Source: an uncultured Clostridia bacterium (lineage in GTDB: Bacteria > Bacillota > Clostridia > UMGS1883). Taken from it: a stretch of DNA of 63,434 nt. A program made the position numbers and the translations under genes. Each line of letters starts with the position of its first letter. Position 1 is the stretch's first letter. This document shows positions 1-9,428 of this stretch, piece by piece. The stretch spans positions 1 to 63,434 of the forward strand of contig CANRJP010000003.1 of assembly GCA_947630975.1 (NCBI GenBank). The letters run 5' to 3'. The notes under the pieces were generated by a model, which had not been told where the DNA came from, did not search any database, and worked only from the letters and a program-made list of their open reading frames with translations.

Positions 1-2292
1 AAAAGCCACTCAAAGGCGTGTATGCCCTGAACGGACTGATTGCCCTTACTGTCAAGCACGCCGACGCTGGCGTGGTCAAGGCCGGGCATATCCCACTCGA
101 AGCCGGAGCTGACAATCTTGTCGCCGTAAAGACCCTTGACCTGCATTTTCTCTATCTCCCGCATCTGGGTCTGAACGGCGACGTAAAAGGCCGTGTCGTA
201 ATGGCCGTTGCCCTTGCCGTCCACTCCGTTGTAGGAGACACGCAGATGGTCGGCCAGTCCCAAAAAGTCGAAGGGCCGGCCATATTTAATATTCGAAAAC
301 TTCGCCGCCGAATTTGCGCCGCTTTGGAGCACATCCTCATTGCGGAAGGCCGCCGCGAGGCTGTTGGCAAGGCTCATGTAATTTGTGGTGGCGTCCTTGG
401 ACTGGCCGGTGTGGGTGTGGTACTCTCCGGCCAGATACTTGCCCTCGGCGGTCTCCTCCACACGTTTGGCCTCCATACCAGCGAAGCGCTCTTTAAAGTT
501 GAGAGCTATCTCCCCCTCGTTGCCCTTGCCGGTTATAAAGTTCACGTCAAAGAAGGTGCGTTCGCTGTCGCTAAGAGTGGCGGCGTAGGGAGAGTATGTG
601 GAGAAATATATCCTGTCGGCCTTTTCGTCGAACTCCAGATAACGGAAGAAGCCGTTGCCGCCGTTGTAGGCGAACTGATAGTCCGCCAGCATACTGATGA
701 CGTCCTTGCCGGCGTCGTTCTTGAGCATCTCAACGCCGCTGCCGTGGCTGTGGCCGCCCACCATCATGAACACCTGAGGGTACTTTTTGACTATATTCCA
801 CAGGCCCCAGCCGTTACCGCTGAGCTGTACGGCGGAGGGGTCGGTGGGCGAACAGTTTTGAAGGTCATGGGTCGTAACGACGGTGGGGCAGTTGGGATAT
901 TCCTTGAGCACGCTTTCAAGCCAGGCCTCGTCCTCCTTCAGCCAGCCTGTGTTGCCGAGCTCTCCCGACGGGCTGCCCGTGCAGGAAAGAGAAATAACAA
1001 GATAGTCGTAATTTCCCGCCCGAACGAACATATAGGAGCTGTTTTGGTCGCCGTTGGGGGAATTTGTCAGATACCACCCCGTCCGGCGCTTGAAAGCGGT
1101 ACTCTTGCCGCTGAAGCTGTTCCAGTAATTGTGGATACCGCCGCTCCAGCCGTCGTGATTGCCCTGCTGGACAAGGAATTTTATCCCGGCGTCGGGTATT
1201 TTATAGAAAGCCTCACGGGCGTTGACATACTGCCTGTCGTCGTTGTTGTCGTCCACGACGTCGCCCAGATGTATTACGCCCACGGTGTTTAAGTCGTCGG
1301 CCTCGGCTATAAGCCGGTCTACGGCCTTATTCATAACGTCGGGCCGGTACTCAACCGTGTTCTGCGTGTCGGGCAGCAGCACCATTGTGTAGTTATCGGG
1401 CTCCTTCAGCTCATACTTCCGGTTGTCGCCGTATTCGCCCAAATATTTTTCGGGCTCGGGAACGAGCCAGTCCTCCCTTTCAAGGGGCTGAGCGGTGATG
1501 CGCACCTCCTGAAGGCTGCCCTGAAGGAACTTGCTGATACCGTTCCACCATGAGGTGCCTATATGGAAATGTCCGTCGTTCGGGTCGGCGTACATACCCT
1601 TCATGGCGTCGCTCACATAGTCGCGGAAAGCCTCGCAGCCGTTTACATAGGTGCTTATCTCGCTGCCGTCGGAAACTATGGCAATGTGATACCATGTGCC
1701 GCCCTCTTCCAGGGACACCGACCATGCGTCGCGCGTCATGCGGTGGTTGTCGTCGGCGTTGGCCGTGACGAACTGTATCTCCTTGCAGTTGGAAACGGCT
1801 GTAAACATTGTGCCCTGCTCAGGCTCGGAAATGTGGTTTGCCTTGCCGCTCCGGCGGGAAAGGCACATCCACTCGTCCGCGGCCGTCCAGTCCGTCGGGA
1901 AATAGTACAAATACTCCATGGTGTAGCCGTTACGGAAGCTTTCCTTATTTATGGGTGCGCCGTCCACGGTGACAAAGGACGCGCCCTTCTTCGAATTGCT
2001 GTCGCCGTCGAAGATCATGCTCCCGCCCTCGCCGGTCATGCTGTCGTCGGAAAATTTAAGATAACTGTCCCAGGCGCCTTCGCCGAAGGTCTCCATTTTC
2101 AGGTCATTTCCGTTGCCGCTCTGATCCTTGATAACAAGGCTGGCGTCGCTTATACTGCCTGACTTGACGCCATCGCGTCCAAATTTCCAATAAGCGGTCA
2201 CGTTCGGCTCCCCCTCCGCGGCCAAAGCCGGCACGGCGCTTACGGCCATGACAGCCGCCAAAAGGCCGCAAAAAAATTTCTTGAATTTCATT
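1..2292 (-). CDS. Secreted LamG-like plus calcineurin-like metallophosphoesterase protein. The 3' end runs off the left edge, and the 5' end is frameshifted relative to its ATG/RBS.
   Basis: Absent from the ORF track because it has no stop in the window. The reverse frame is open from nt 1 to 2288. My hand translation gives FCGLLAAVMAVSAVPALAAEGEP (signal peptide), DQSGNGNDL (LamG-type motif), then VIHLGDVVDDNN and QQGNHDGW (metallophosphoesterase motifs). The ATG at 2292-2290, with GGAGG 7 nt upstream, is one nt out of frame with this ORF (A7 run at 2270-2276). Confidence 0.75.
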
Positions 2293-2302
2293 CTTCGGCC
2301 TC

Positions 2303-3769
2303 CTATCTGTTCAATCTGTAATATATTTCGTTGTACATAAGCTCCTTTTTGAACTCGGGAACGGTGGTGTTTTCGTCAATTACAAGGAACTCTATACCGG
2401 CTATCTCGGCGAAATCCCGAAGATTTTCCACGGTGAGAGCGTTGGAAAGGCAGGTATGGTGTGCTCCGCCGGCCAAAATCCACGCCTCGGCGGCGGTGGC
2501 CAGATCGGGCAGGGGCTTCCACAGCACTCTCGCCACGGGGAGCTTGGGCATCTTTTTCTTTATTTTTGCCAGCTCCACCACGGTGCAGACCATACGGAAC
2601 CGGTCGCCCATGTCGAGCAGCGTCACGGCCACGGCCTTGCCCTGCTGACCGTCGAACACCAGACGGGCGGGATCCTCCCTGTCGCCTATGCCGAGAGGAT
2701 GCACCTCTATCTTAGGCTTCGCGGCGGCAATGGTGGGGCAGACCTCCAGCATATGGGCGCCAAGGATCATTTCCTTGCCCTGCTCAAGGTGATATGTATA
2801 GTCCTCCATAAAGACGGTGCCGCCCTCAAGGCCCTTCGCCATGTGCTTCATGACCGCCGTCAGAGCCGAGGTTTTCCAGTCGCCCTCGGCGCCGAAGCCG
2901 TAGCCGTCGGCCAGCAGATTCTGTACCGCGAGACCGGGAAGCTGGCGCAGACCGTGAAGATCCTCGAATGTGTCGGTAAAGGCTCCGAAGCCCCCGTCCT
3001 CCAGAAATTTCCTTATGCCGCACTCATATTTAGCCTGTATGCGAACGGCGTCGGTATTGTCCGTGTTGAACTCGTACTTTTCGGCGTACTCCTTCATTTT
3101 GGCGTCGACCTCGGCGTCGGTAACGGCGTCGATAACCTGTACGAGATCGCCCATGCCGTAGCCGTTGACGCTCCAACCCAGCTTAATCTGAGCCTCCACC
3201 TTATCGCCCTCGGTAACGGCCACCTCCCGCATATTGTCGCCGAAGCGGGCTACCTTAAGGCTGTTGCTGTAATCCCAGGCGGCTGCGGCCCGCATCCACG
3301 AGTCGATTTTTTCGATAACGTCCTGATTTTGCCAGTGACCCACCACAACCTTGCGGCGGATGCCCATGCGGCTGACGATAAAGCCGTGCTCCCTATCGCC
3401 GTGGGCGGACTGATTGAGATTCATAAAGTCCATGTCGATGGTGTCCCATGGGATTTCGCGGTTGAACTGGGTGTGCAGATGGAGCATGGGCTTCTGCAAA
3501 GCCTTAAGACCGGCTATCCACATTTTTGACGGCGAGAACACGTGCATCCACATAATTACGCCCAGACAGCTCTTATCATGGTTGGCCTCGGCTATGACCT
3601 CGCTTATCTCGCCGGGCAGCGTCACCAATCCCTTTGAGACCACCTTAAACGGCAGCTTCGAGCTGAGATGTTGGCTTATTGTCTCGCTGTGGGCCCTCAT
3701 CTCGGCAAAGGCCTCGGTGCCGTAGAGGTGCTGACCTCCGGTAATGAACCAAAATTCCCTGTTATCCAT
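2303..3769 (-). CDS. araA: L-arabinose isomerase
   Basis: 488 aa. The blocks FWFITGGQHLYG, FSPSKMW, MDFMNLNQSAHGDRE, EGDWKT and HMLEVCP are colinear with known AraA over the full length. Confidence 0.95.
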   Translation of the reverse strand: MDNREFWFITGGQHLYGTEAFAEMRAHSETISQHLSSKLPFKVVSKGLVTLPGEISEVIAEANHDKSCLGVIMWMHVFSPSKMWIAGLKALQKPMLHLHTQFNREIPWDTIDMDFMNLNQSAHGDREHGFIVSRMGIRRKVVVGHWQNQDVIEKIDSWMRAAAAWDYSNSLKVARFGDNMREVAVTEGDKVEAQIKLGWSVNGYGMGDLVQVIDAVTDAEVDAKMKEYAEKYEFNTDNTDAVRIQAKYECGIRKFLEDGGFGAFTDTFEDLHGLRQLPGLAVQNLLADGYGFGAEGDWKTSALTAVMKHMAKGLEGGTVFMEDYTYHLEQGKEMILGAHMLEVCPTIAAAKPKIEVHPLGIGDREDPARLVFDGQQGKAVAVTLLDMGDRFRMVCTVVELAKIKKKMPKLPVARVLWKPLPDLATAAEAWILAGGAHHTCLSNALTVENLRDFAEIAGIEFLVIDENTTVPEFKKELMYNEIYYRLNR

Positions 3770-3796
3770 AAATATCGCTCCTTTTTAAGCCAATTA

Positions 3797-3811
3797 TACA
3801 AATATATTGTA
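3797..3811. promoter_or_regulatory. Palindromic operator-like site in the araA upstream region
   Basis: TACAA-ATATA-TTGTA is an inverted repeat lying 28 nt upstream of the araA start. Confidence 0.3.
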
Positions 3812-3962
3812 CCACTGTTTTTTAAATTTTGCAACCATTATTTTTTATCGGTCAAATTTTTTGAAATTCTGTGACCTTTTCGCATTTTTTCGAGTCTATA
3901 TATATATGAGTGCTCAAAAAATAAAAAGTTAAAGCGCGCGCTTCATATAGAAAGGAAATAGT

Positions 3963-5159
3963 ATGAAGCAAAAAATTTTCAAATGTCTGGCGGCCGCCAT
4001 GGCAGCGGTCTTTCTTGCCGCATTTCCTTCCTCCGCCGCCGGAGTGCTGCAAGGCTTTTTCAAAGGCAGGACAAATCTGCTGGTTCCGTATACCACAGAC
4101 AAAACCAAAACCGTCAGCGACGGGCGGCTGGCCGTGACCGTGGAACAGGCCGTTGTTTCCAAAGAACAGGCCGTAATAGTTTTTTCCCTGCAAATTTACG
4201 ACAACACAAAAGCGGACTGGCTAAGCGAGCTGACGCCGTACTATCTTGGCGTAAAATGCAGGCTGAAGGACGGAAGCCCGATCTCCTCCTTCAACGTATT
4301 TGACATTCCCGACACGGACAAGTTCTACATACGCCACTGGGCCGTAGTCGCCGCGGGCGTGGACAATCCGAAGCTCGAGCCTTTGGAATTCAGCCTTGAC
4401 ATAATCGACCTGCCGGAAAGCGAACGGACGATTGAGATCGAGGCCAAGGCCGAGCTTGCGACCCTGCGGTTCGACCTGCACACGGAGGGCTGCCGGGTCG
4501 CCGTCAGTCCCATCGGCGTAAGGGCCATACTGCCCATGCCGGCCGACGGTATTATACCCAACAGTTTCAACCCCGGCATTTACTTCCGCATGAGCGACGG
4601 ACAGATCAAATCCTACAACCGGCTTTTCAGCCAATGCCGCACAGAGGGCAAAGCCGACGAAAGCGGTCAAAGATACGAGATCGGCGCAATATCAAAGGAA
4701 CCCATGCTGCTAAGCGATTTTAAGAGCGTCATAGTAAACGGCACGGAATACTATGCGGACGGCGGCGCCTCAAAAGCGGAGATACCCGAAAATCTTCGGC
4801 GTCAGACTTTCGCCCTGAACTACTGTCCTTACACCAAAAGCAGCCGCGACCTCGACGTAGCCGAGATTTTCACCCGGCTTGGCGCAAAAACGGGCTGGAG
4901 CCCGAACAAACGCTGGTTCACCGTGGAATACAACGACATTGATGCCAAAATATATGTGGGAAGTAAGCGCGTCATTCTCGGCGACGGCTCCCATGTGGAT
5001 CTCGCCCACAGCGCCCATATAATAAACGGCCGCCTGATGGTGGATTCCGGCTTTATTTACAGTGTAATACCGCTAAATGTGGTGGTCGAGACCGAGCCCG
5101 GCCCCTCCTCTGATGGCGAAGCCTTATCCCTCCGGGAGGTGTTCGCGGTCTATCCTTGA
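3963..5159 (+). CDS. Hypothetical secreted protein with a C-terminal copper-amine-oxidase-N-like (stalk) module
   Basis: 398 aa. RBS AAAGGAAA precedes the ATG. Signal peptide MKQKIFKCLAAAMAAVFLAAFPSSAAG. The C-terminus KIYVGSKRVILGDGSHVDLAHSAHIINGRLMV resembles the CAO-N repeat seen in other secreted proteins here. Confidence 0.7.
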   Translation: MKQKIFKCLAAAMAAVFLAAFPSSAAGVLQGFFKGRTNLLVPYTTDKTKTVSDGRLAVTVEQAVVSKEQAVIVFSLQIYDNTKADWLSELTPYYLGVKCRLKDGSPISSFNVFDIPDTDKFYIRHWAVVAAGVDNPKLEPLEFSLDIIDLPESERTIEIEAKAELATLRFDLHTEGCRVAVSPIGVRAILPMPADGIIPNSFNPGIYFRMSDGQIKSYNRLFSQCRTEGKADESGQRYEIGAISKEPMLLSDFKSVIVNGTEYYADGGASKAEIPENLRRQTFALNYCPYTKSSRDLDVAEIFTRLGAKTGWSPNKRWFTVEYNDIDAKIYVGSKRVILGDGSHVDLAHSAHIINGRLMVDSGFIYSVIPLNVVVETEPGPSSDGEALSLREVFAVYP

Positions 5160-5178
5160 TTTTTCCTTCCAAAATTCT

Positions 5179-5197
5179 TTAAGGCAATACTGCACAA
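5179..5197. repeat. Solo family-A-like terminal repeat (TTAAGGCAATACTGCACAA)
   Basis: It matches the family A end with 1-2 mismatches and has no partner TIR nearby. It is fused to the outer extension of a family B element. Confidence 0.6.
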
Positions 5198-5495
5198 TGT
5201 AATCTGGAGGCACAGGGGCTGTCAAAAAAATCGTGCAGAACGGCGTCGTAACTAAGTTATGTAACTGCCACATATAAAGGCTTCCCCTCGAGGGGAAGCT
5301 GTCGGCGAAGCCGACTGATGAGGTGTAGGACGCGAAGCGTCCGTTGTAAAACACACTAAAAAGAAAAATCGCCGTTTCAAAAAACGGCGGTTTTTCAACA
5401 TTAACTATAACTAACTATTTAACTTTTCAACACTTAAATTTGTTTTAAATTAATTCCTATGCCCTTGAACGGTCTGCGCCATTTTTTACAGCCCC
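5198..5495 (-). repeat. Family B modular intergenic element, copy with a family D insertion
   Basis: Outer units are GGGGCTGTCAAAAAAATCGTGCAGAACGG (5213 onward) and ATGCCCTTGAACGGTCTGCGCCATTTTTTACAGCCCC (ending at 5495). An internal hairpin plus T-run reads on the minus strand (about 5360-5395). Confidence 0.75.
5279..5342. repeat. Family D unit (REP-like: hairpins plus GATGAGGTGTAG plus palindrome)
   Basis: The sequence reads GGCTTCCCCTCGAGGGGAAGC, GTCGGCGAAGCCGAC, CTGATGAGGTGTAG, GGACGCGAAGCGTCC. Confidence 0.7.
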
Positions 5496-5503
5496 TGATA
5501 ATT

Positions 5504-8500
5504 TTATTTCGCCAACACCTTTACTTCATAAATCTGCGGCGGATAATTATTTTCGTCGGGGTGGCTGCGGGGCTTGGCGTCCTCCACGGTTATCCTCAGA
5601 AAACGGGCGTTGCCGGAGAGTTGGTCAACGGTGAAGCCGTAATCGGTGTAGCCCTCGGTATTATCCACGATGATCTCATAGTCACGGCCCGAAATTCCGC
5701 CCTCCACCTTGTACTGATAGTATGGCTCGGAGCCGTTCCATATCAGCCAGGATATTTGGAGCTCGGTGAGGCTGCGCACCTCGCCAAGGTCTATCTCCCA
5801 GACATAGGGCCACTTGCTGTCGACTCCGTCAAGACTGCCGGCGGTCCAGACAGTCTGGTAATCGCCGTCGTTGGCAAGGCCGCTGTTCCCCAGCAGGGAG
5901 TCCGAAAGCACGGGCATATCCTGCGAAACTATGCGTCCGTTCTGCACGGGCACAAGGTCGTCGTTATCCCAGTTGTACAAAAGCTCGTCATAGAAGTCGT
6001 AGAAAGCAAAGCCGTTGGACACGGTCACCGGATAGCGGCGGTTGGTGGTGCGCTTTACCACCGCGTCCTGCCAGAAATACATCCAGCGGTAGGTGCTCAT
6101 GTAATAATTCTCGCTTTCGGGCTTAAGGCGGAACACCGTTCCGGACTGGGAGGAGAAGGTGGTCGTGTTGCCCACGGGCCTCAACGGCGACCAGGGGCCG
6201 TCAATGGTGGGAGCGGTGTTGTACATACCCTGGGTGGGATACCAGCCGGCGGTACCGGAGGTGAACAGATAGTACATTCCGTCCACCTTCATCATGCTGG
6301 GCAGCTCGCGCCAACTGTTATGATTTACGATGCAGACGAGACGTTTTACGTCCGTCCAGCTCTCGTTAAGCTCGTAAAGGGCCAAATCGGCGTTGACATT
6401 GACGGCGGCGATGAGGTAAGCCTTGTTGTCGTCGTCAACGTAGACGTTCAAATCTCGGGTGTCACCGCCCTCGGGACGGATGGCCCGGTGGAAGGTCCAG
6501 CGCTGGCCGGGCTTGCCGGAGGCAAAGGCCGTCATGGCCGTGCCGTAGCCGCCGTCGGCCTCAAGGTGAGCGATAAACACAAACTCATTCGTCACCGGAT
6601 TATAGATGAAGTTCTGGCTTTCAAAGCGGACGGTGTCGAAGTTCCGGCAGGTCTCGTTTGCCAGTATCTCCTCATAGTTGAGAACCTCCACAGGGTCGCT
6701 GTAGGTAATGTCGTCGGTGGAAGTGCTCATCATGAGCTGGCCGAAGCCGCCGTTGGGGCCGCCGCCCCAGGCGGAGAAGCTGTAATACACGCCGTCCACA
6801 TACAGCGAGTTGGGACGGTCGAGGCCGGACTCCTCAAGGTTGGAGCTGGACTTCAAATCGGCGGGCAGATCATAGGGAACCACGGGCTTGGTCACAGCGT
6901 GGTCTATAAGCCTGCCGTTTTCGTCCAGAGCGTAAACATCGTAGGTGTAGCTCCTGCCCACCTCAAGGTCATAGTCGTCAACGGACTTGCCGGTGAGGGA
7001 GGCCATAAGGGTATAGTCGCCGCCGTCAACGCTGCGGTAAACGTCAAATTTTACGGCTTTGGCGAAGGTTCCCCACTGCACCTTGGCATTGGCTACCTTG
7101 TCATCGCCCTTGAGCAGGAAAAGCGTAGCCGCCGCGCCGATAATGCGGTCGTCGCTCTCCCCCGCCCTGTTGAGGATAAAGGTCTGGTGTCCGGCGGCGC
7201 CCATGACATCTTGAGTGAACACTCCGTTATTTTCGGTCAGGTAAAGTCCGGAATTCTTGTTTTGGATATAATATGAGCCTACGCCGGAGGATTCAAGAAT
7301 AAATATCTGGTTGTTGCCGTAGTTGGTGTCATACTGTGTCACGGAGGCCCCCGGCTCGGTGCTGCCGCCGGGAATGTCAATGCTGCGGCGGCTGGCCTTG
7401 TTTGTGATTATATAGCTGCCGCTGCCCTGAGTAACGAAGTCCCAAAGCTGCACGTCGCTGTCGTTGGGGGTGGCGCCCACTATCGCCGCGCTGTTGGCAA
7501 CGGAGCCTTCGGCGGTGGAGATCACTCTGCTTGTGCCGGAAATGCCTACGCGGTAGAAATTGCCGCCCACGGTCTCCTGACCGTAGATGTCGGGGGTCAT
7601 ATAGGCGGTTTCGTCTATCCACACCCGACCGTACTCTATGTCGGCGCTGTCGGAAAGAGCAAGCCTGTCGCCGTTTTCGGCTATGACATACTGGCCGGTG
7701 GCGACATTTCTGAGGCCGTCATATCTGTCTAATCCGCCGCTATACGTTTCTACATACTCGAAAGCCTGATTTGTGGAAAGAGAGGGCTCCTCCATTACAA
7801 GGGCGCCGTCCTTTACCGCAAGGGCCAGACCGCTTTCGTTGTTAACAAACTGATAGCGGCTCTCTCCCCTTGCGACCGCCTTCCATACGGCGCGGCAGTC
7901 AGGGGCCGACTTAATCTCGCCAACAGCGTCTCCAAGCCCAAAAGGCGAAAGTCCAAGACTCTCTCCGTCGGCGGAAATTATTCCGTAACTGGAATCGTGG
8001 CCGGAAACCATATGTATATTCACAAGCTTGCCGTTGAGTTTGTCATAGTCGGTAATTACGGGACTGCCGCCGCCGGACGAAACGTCGGCGGTCACGGATA
8101 TCTCCCGAAGCTCAAAAATCTGGGTGTCGTCGCCCGCAAGGACGTTCTGGGCGATAACTCCGTCGGAGCGCTCGGTCAGATACAGTTCGCCGTCGTGGGC
8201 GCATTGGAGCAGGTAGGTTCCGTCGCCGCGGCTTACGGGACGGATCCACTGATTTGTGCCGTCGGTGATGCCGTAAATTATCAGGTTAAGCTCCACATCG
8301 CTGCGCCCGTTGGGAATATCAAAGGAGCGCAGTGCCTTTTTATTGGTGACCGCGTAGCGGCCGTCCCCACGGCTGACGAACTTCCAAACCTGCTTATCGT
8401 CGGCGGGGTCCGCCTCGCCCAGAACAACGCGCACACCGTCGCCCAAATTGCCGTTTTCAAGGGTAAAGGCCTTGCCGCTGCTCTTCTGAACGATTTGGTA

Positions 8501-8935
8501 ATACTTGCCGCTCATGAAGTCGAAGGTTATCCCGACCGTGTCCCCGTTCACCGTCGCGCTACCGCCTAAAGCGGAAACAGCGTCGGCGGGGATATACATA
8601 ACGCCGTCAATATCGGTCGCCGGCGCGGATATTGTCACGGGCTTGCCGTTGACCTTAACGTCCGAGGCGCCGTTTTCAACGCGCACAACCGTCTCGCCCC
8701 GGGCGGCTACGGCCGCGTCGCCGCCGTCGGACAGGCTGTAGCCCAAAAGGCTGCACACATCTGCCAGAGCGAGGTACACGGTCTCACCCTCGGCCACAGG
8801 GGCATGAACAAGCGTCACCGGCTCGCCGCCGTTGACCGTGACGGCTATTTCAGCCGCCGAGGCCGTCAGCGGCATACCGGCGAAAGCCGCCGCCAACATG
8901 GCCGCGGTCAGGATCAGTCCCAAAATCTTTTTCAT
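5504..8935 (-). CDS. Secreted multidomain glycoside hydrolase: CAO-N-like module, ricin-type lectin repeats, GH43-like five-bladed propeller (exo-beta-1,3-galactanase-like subfamily pattern) and a C-terminal F5/8 type C (CBM32-like) domain
   Basis: Track ORF 5504..8959. I prefer the internal ATG (MKKILGL) at 8935 because GGGGAG precedes it. Supporting motifs are QVWKF/QLWDF ricin repeats, RDLNVYVDDDNKAYL and ELPSMMKVDGMYYLFTSGTAGWYP (GH43-like), and a discoidin-like tail. Confidence 0.85.
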   Translation of the reverse strand: MKKILGLILTAAMLAAAFAGMPLTASAAEIAVTVNGGEPVTLVHAPVAEGETVYLALADVCSLLGYSLSDGGDAAVAARGETVVRVENGASDVKVNGKPVTISAPATDIDGVMYIPADAVSALGGSATVNGDTVGITFDFMSGKYYQIVQKSSGKAFTLENGNLGDGVRVVLGEADPADDKQVWKFVSRGDGRYAVTNKKALRSFDIPNGRSDVELNLIIYGITDGTNQWIRPVSRGDGTYLLQCAHDGELYLTERSDGVIAQNVLAGDDTQIFELREISVTADVSSGGGSPVITDYDKLNGKLVNIHMVSGHDSSYGIISADGESLGLSPFGLGDAVGEIKSAPDCRAVWKAVARGESRYQFVNNESGLALAVKDGALVMEEPSLSTNQAFEYVETYSGGLDRYDGLRNVATGQYVIAENGDRLALSDSADIEYGRVWIDETAYMTPDIYGQETVGGNFYRVGISGTSRVISTAEGSVANSAAIVGATPNDSDVQLWDFVTQGSGSYIITNKASRRSIDIPGGSTEPGASVTQYDTNYGNNQIFILESSGVGSYYIQNKNSGLYLTENNGVFTQDVMGAAGHQTFILNRAGESDDRIIGAAATLFLLKGDDKVANAKVQWGTFAKAVKFDVYRSVDGGDYTLMASLTGKSVDDYDLEVGRSYTYDVYALDENGRLIDHAVTKPVVPYDLPADLKSSSNLEESGLDRPNSLYVDGVYYSFSAWGGGPNGGFGQLMMSTSTDDITYSDPVEVLNYEEILANETCRNFDTVRFESQNFIYNPVTNEFVFIAHLEADGGYGTAMTAFASGKPGQRWTFHRAIRPEGGDTRDLNVYVDDDNKAYLIAAVNVNADLALYELNESWTDVKRLVCIVNHNSWRELPSMMKVDGMYYLFTSGTAGWYPTQGMYNTAPTIDGPWSPLRPVGNTTTFSSQSGTVFRLKPESENYYMSTYRWMYFWQDAVVKRTTNRRYPVTVSNGFAFYDFYDELLYNWDNDDLVPVQNGRIVSQDMPVLSDSLLGNSGLANDGDYQTVWTAGSLDGVDSKWPYVWEIDLGEVRSLTELQISWLIWNGSEPYYQYKVEGGISGRDYEIIVDNTEGYTDYGFTVDQLSGNARFLRITVEDAKPRSHPDENNYPPQIYEVKVLAK

Positions 8936-9028
8936 TTTCACATCTCCCCATGATTTCATTGTTCAGGCCACGGCAAAAAACCGCAGTAATGTCCGGTCTT
9001 ACCGTGCCGCGCCTGTATTTGTATGTCA

Positions 9029-9057
9029 ATTATACCATATTATCAGAAAAAAGGCAA
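9029..9057 (-). promoter_or_regulatory. Promoter of the GH43-like/ricin/CBM32 gene
   Basis: On the minus strand: TTGCCT, a 17-nt spacer, then TGGTATAAT. Confidence 0.45.
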
Positions 9058-9104
9058 TAGTATTTGTGCAAAATTTACATTTTCGCAGATAATACCAAGA
9101 TCGT

Positions 9105-9425
9105 GCCCGCATTGCCTATATTGTTCTGTAACGTGGAAGCGCGGGGTCGGTCGAAAAAATCGTGCAGAACGGACGAAAATCAGCTCTCGCAGGCGGCGGG
9201 CGAAGCCTGACGCCGAGAAAGCCCTCCCGACGGCGTACATAGGTACGCCGAGGGTGATTTTCGTTCGTAGTTCAAGGGCATAAAAATGAGAAAATTCGCT
9301 CGTTAGGGCGAATTTTCTTCATTAATGCAATTATTTTATTTTTATCGACTTATAATACAACACTCAAATTTGCCTTAAATTAAGTCATTCAGCCCTTGAA
9401 CGATCTGCGCGATTTTTACTATCCC
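9105..9425 (-). repeat. Family B modular intergenic element with nested C module
   Basis: The reverse complement aligns block by block with the copies at 22002 and 48723. The internal terminator hairpin is GAAAATTCGCCC..GAGCGAATTTTC. Confidence 0.8.
9171..9269 (-). repeat. C module (short variant) nested in a family B element
   Basis: It is bounded by the inverted repeat G[A/G]ACGAAAATCA / TGATTTTCGT. It lacks about 22 nt of the internal hairpins found in the other two copies. Confidence 0.7.
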
Positions 9426-9428
9426 ATT

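Noticed and set aside
2125-2292. A short ORF from the ATG at 2292 in its own frame (MKFKEIFLRPFGGCHGRKRR...).
   Set aside because: It is Arg/Gly-rich off-frame sequence that terminates after about 55 codons. It is better explained as the frameshifted true start of the long LamG-phosphoesterase ORF.
5310-5345. A hammerhead-ribozyme-like CTGATGAG box in family D units (also on the minus strand near 45805-45820).
   Set aside because: The box is followed by GTGTAG plus a stem. There is no GAAA after stem II, no stem III/cleavage-site arrangement, and the third arm has GGATGAG instead.
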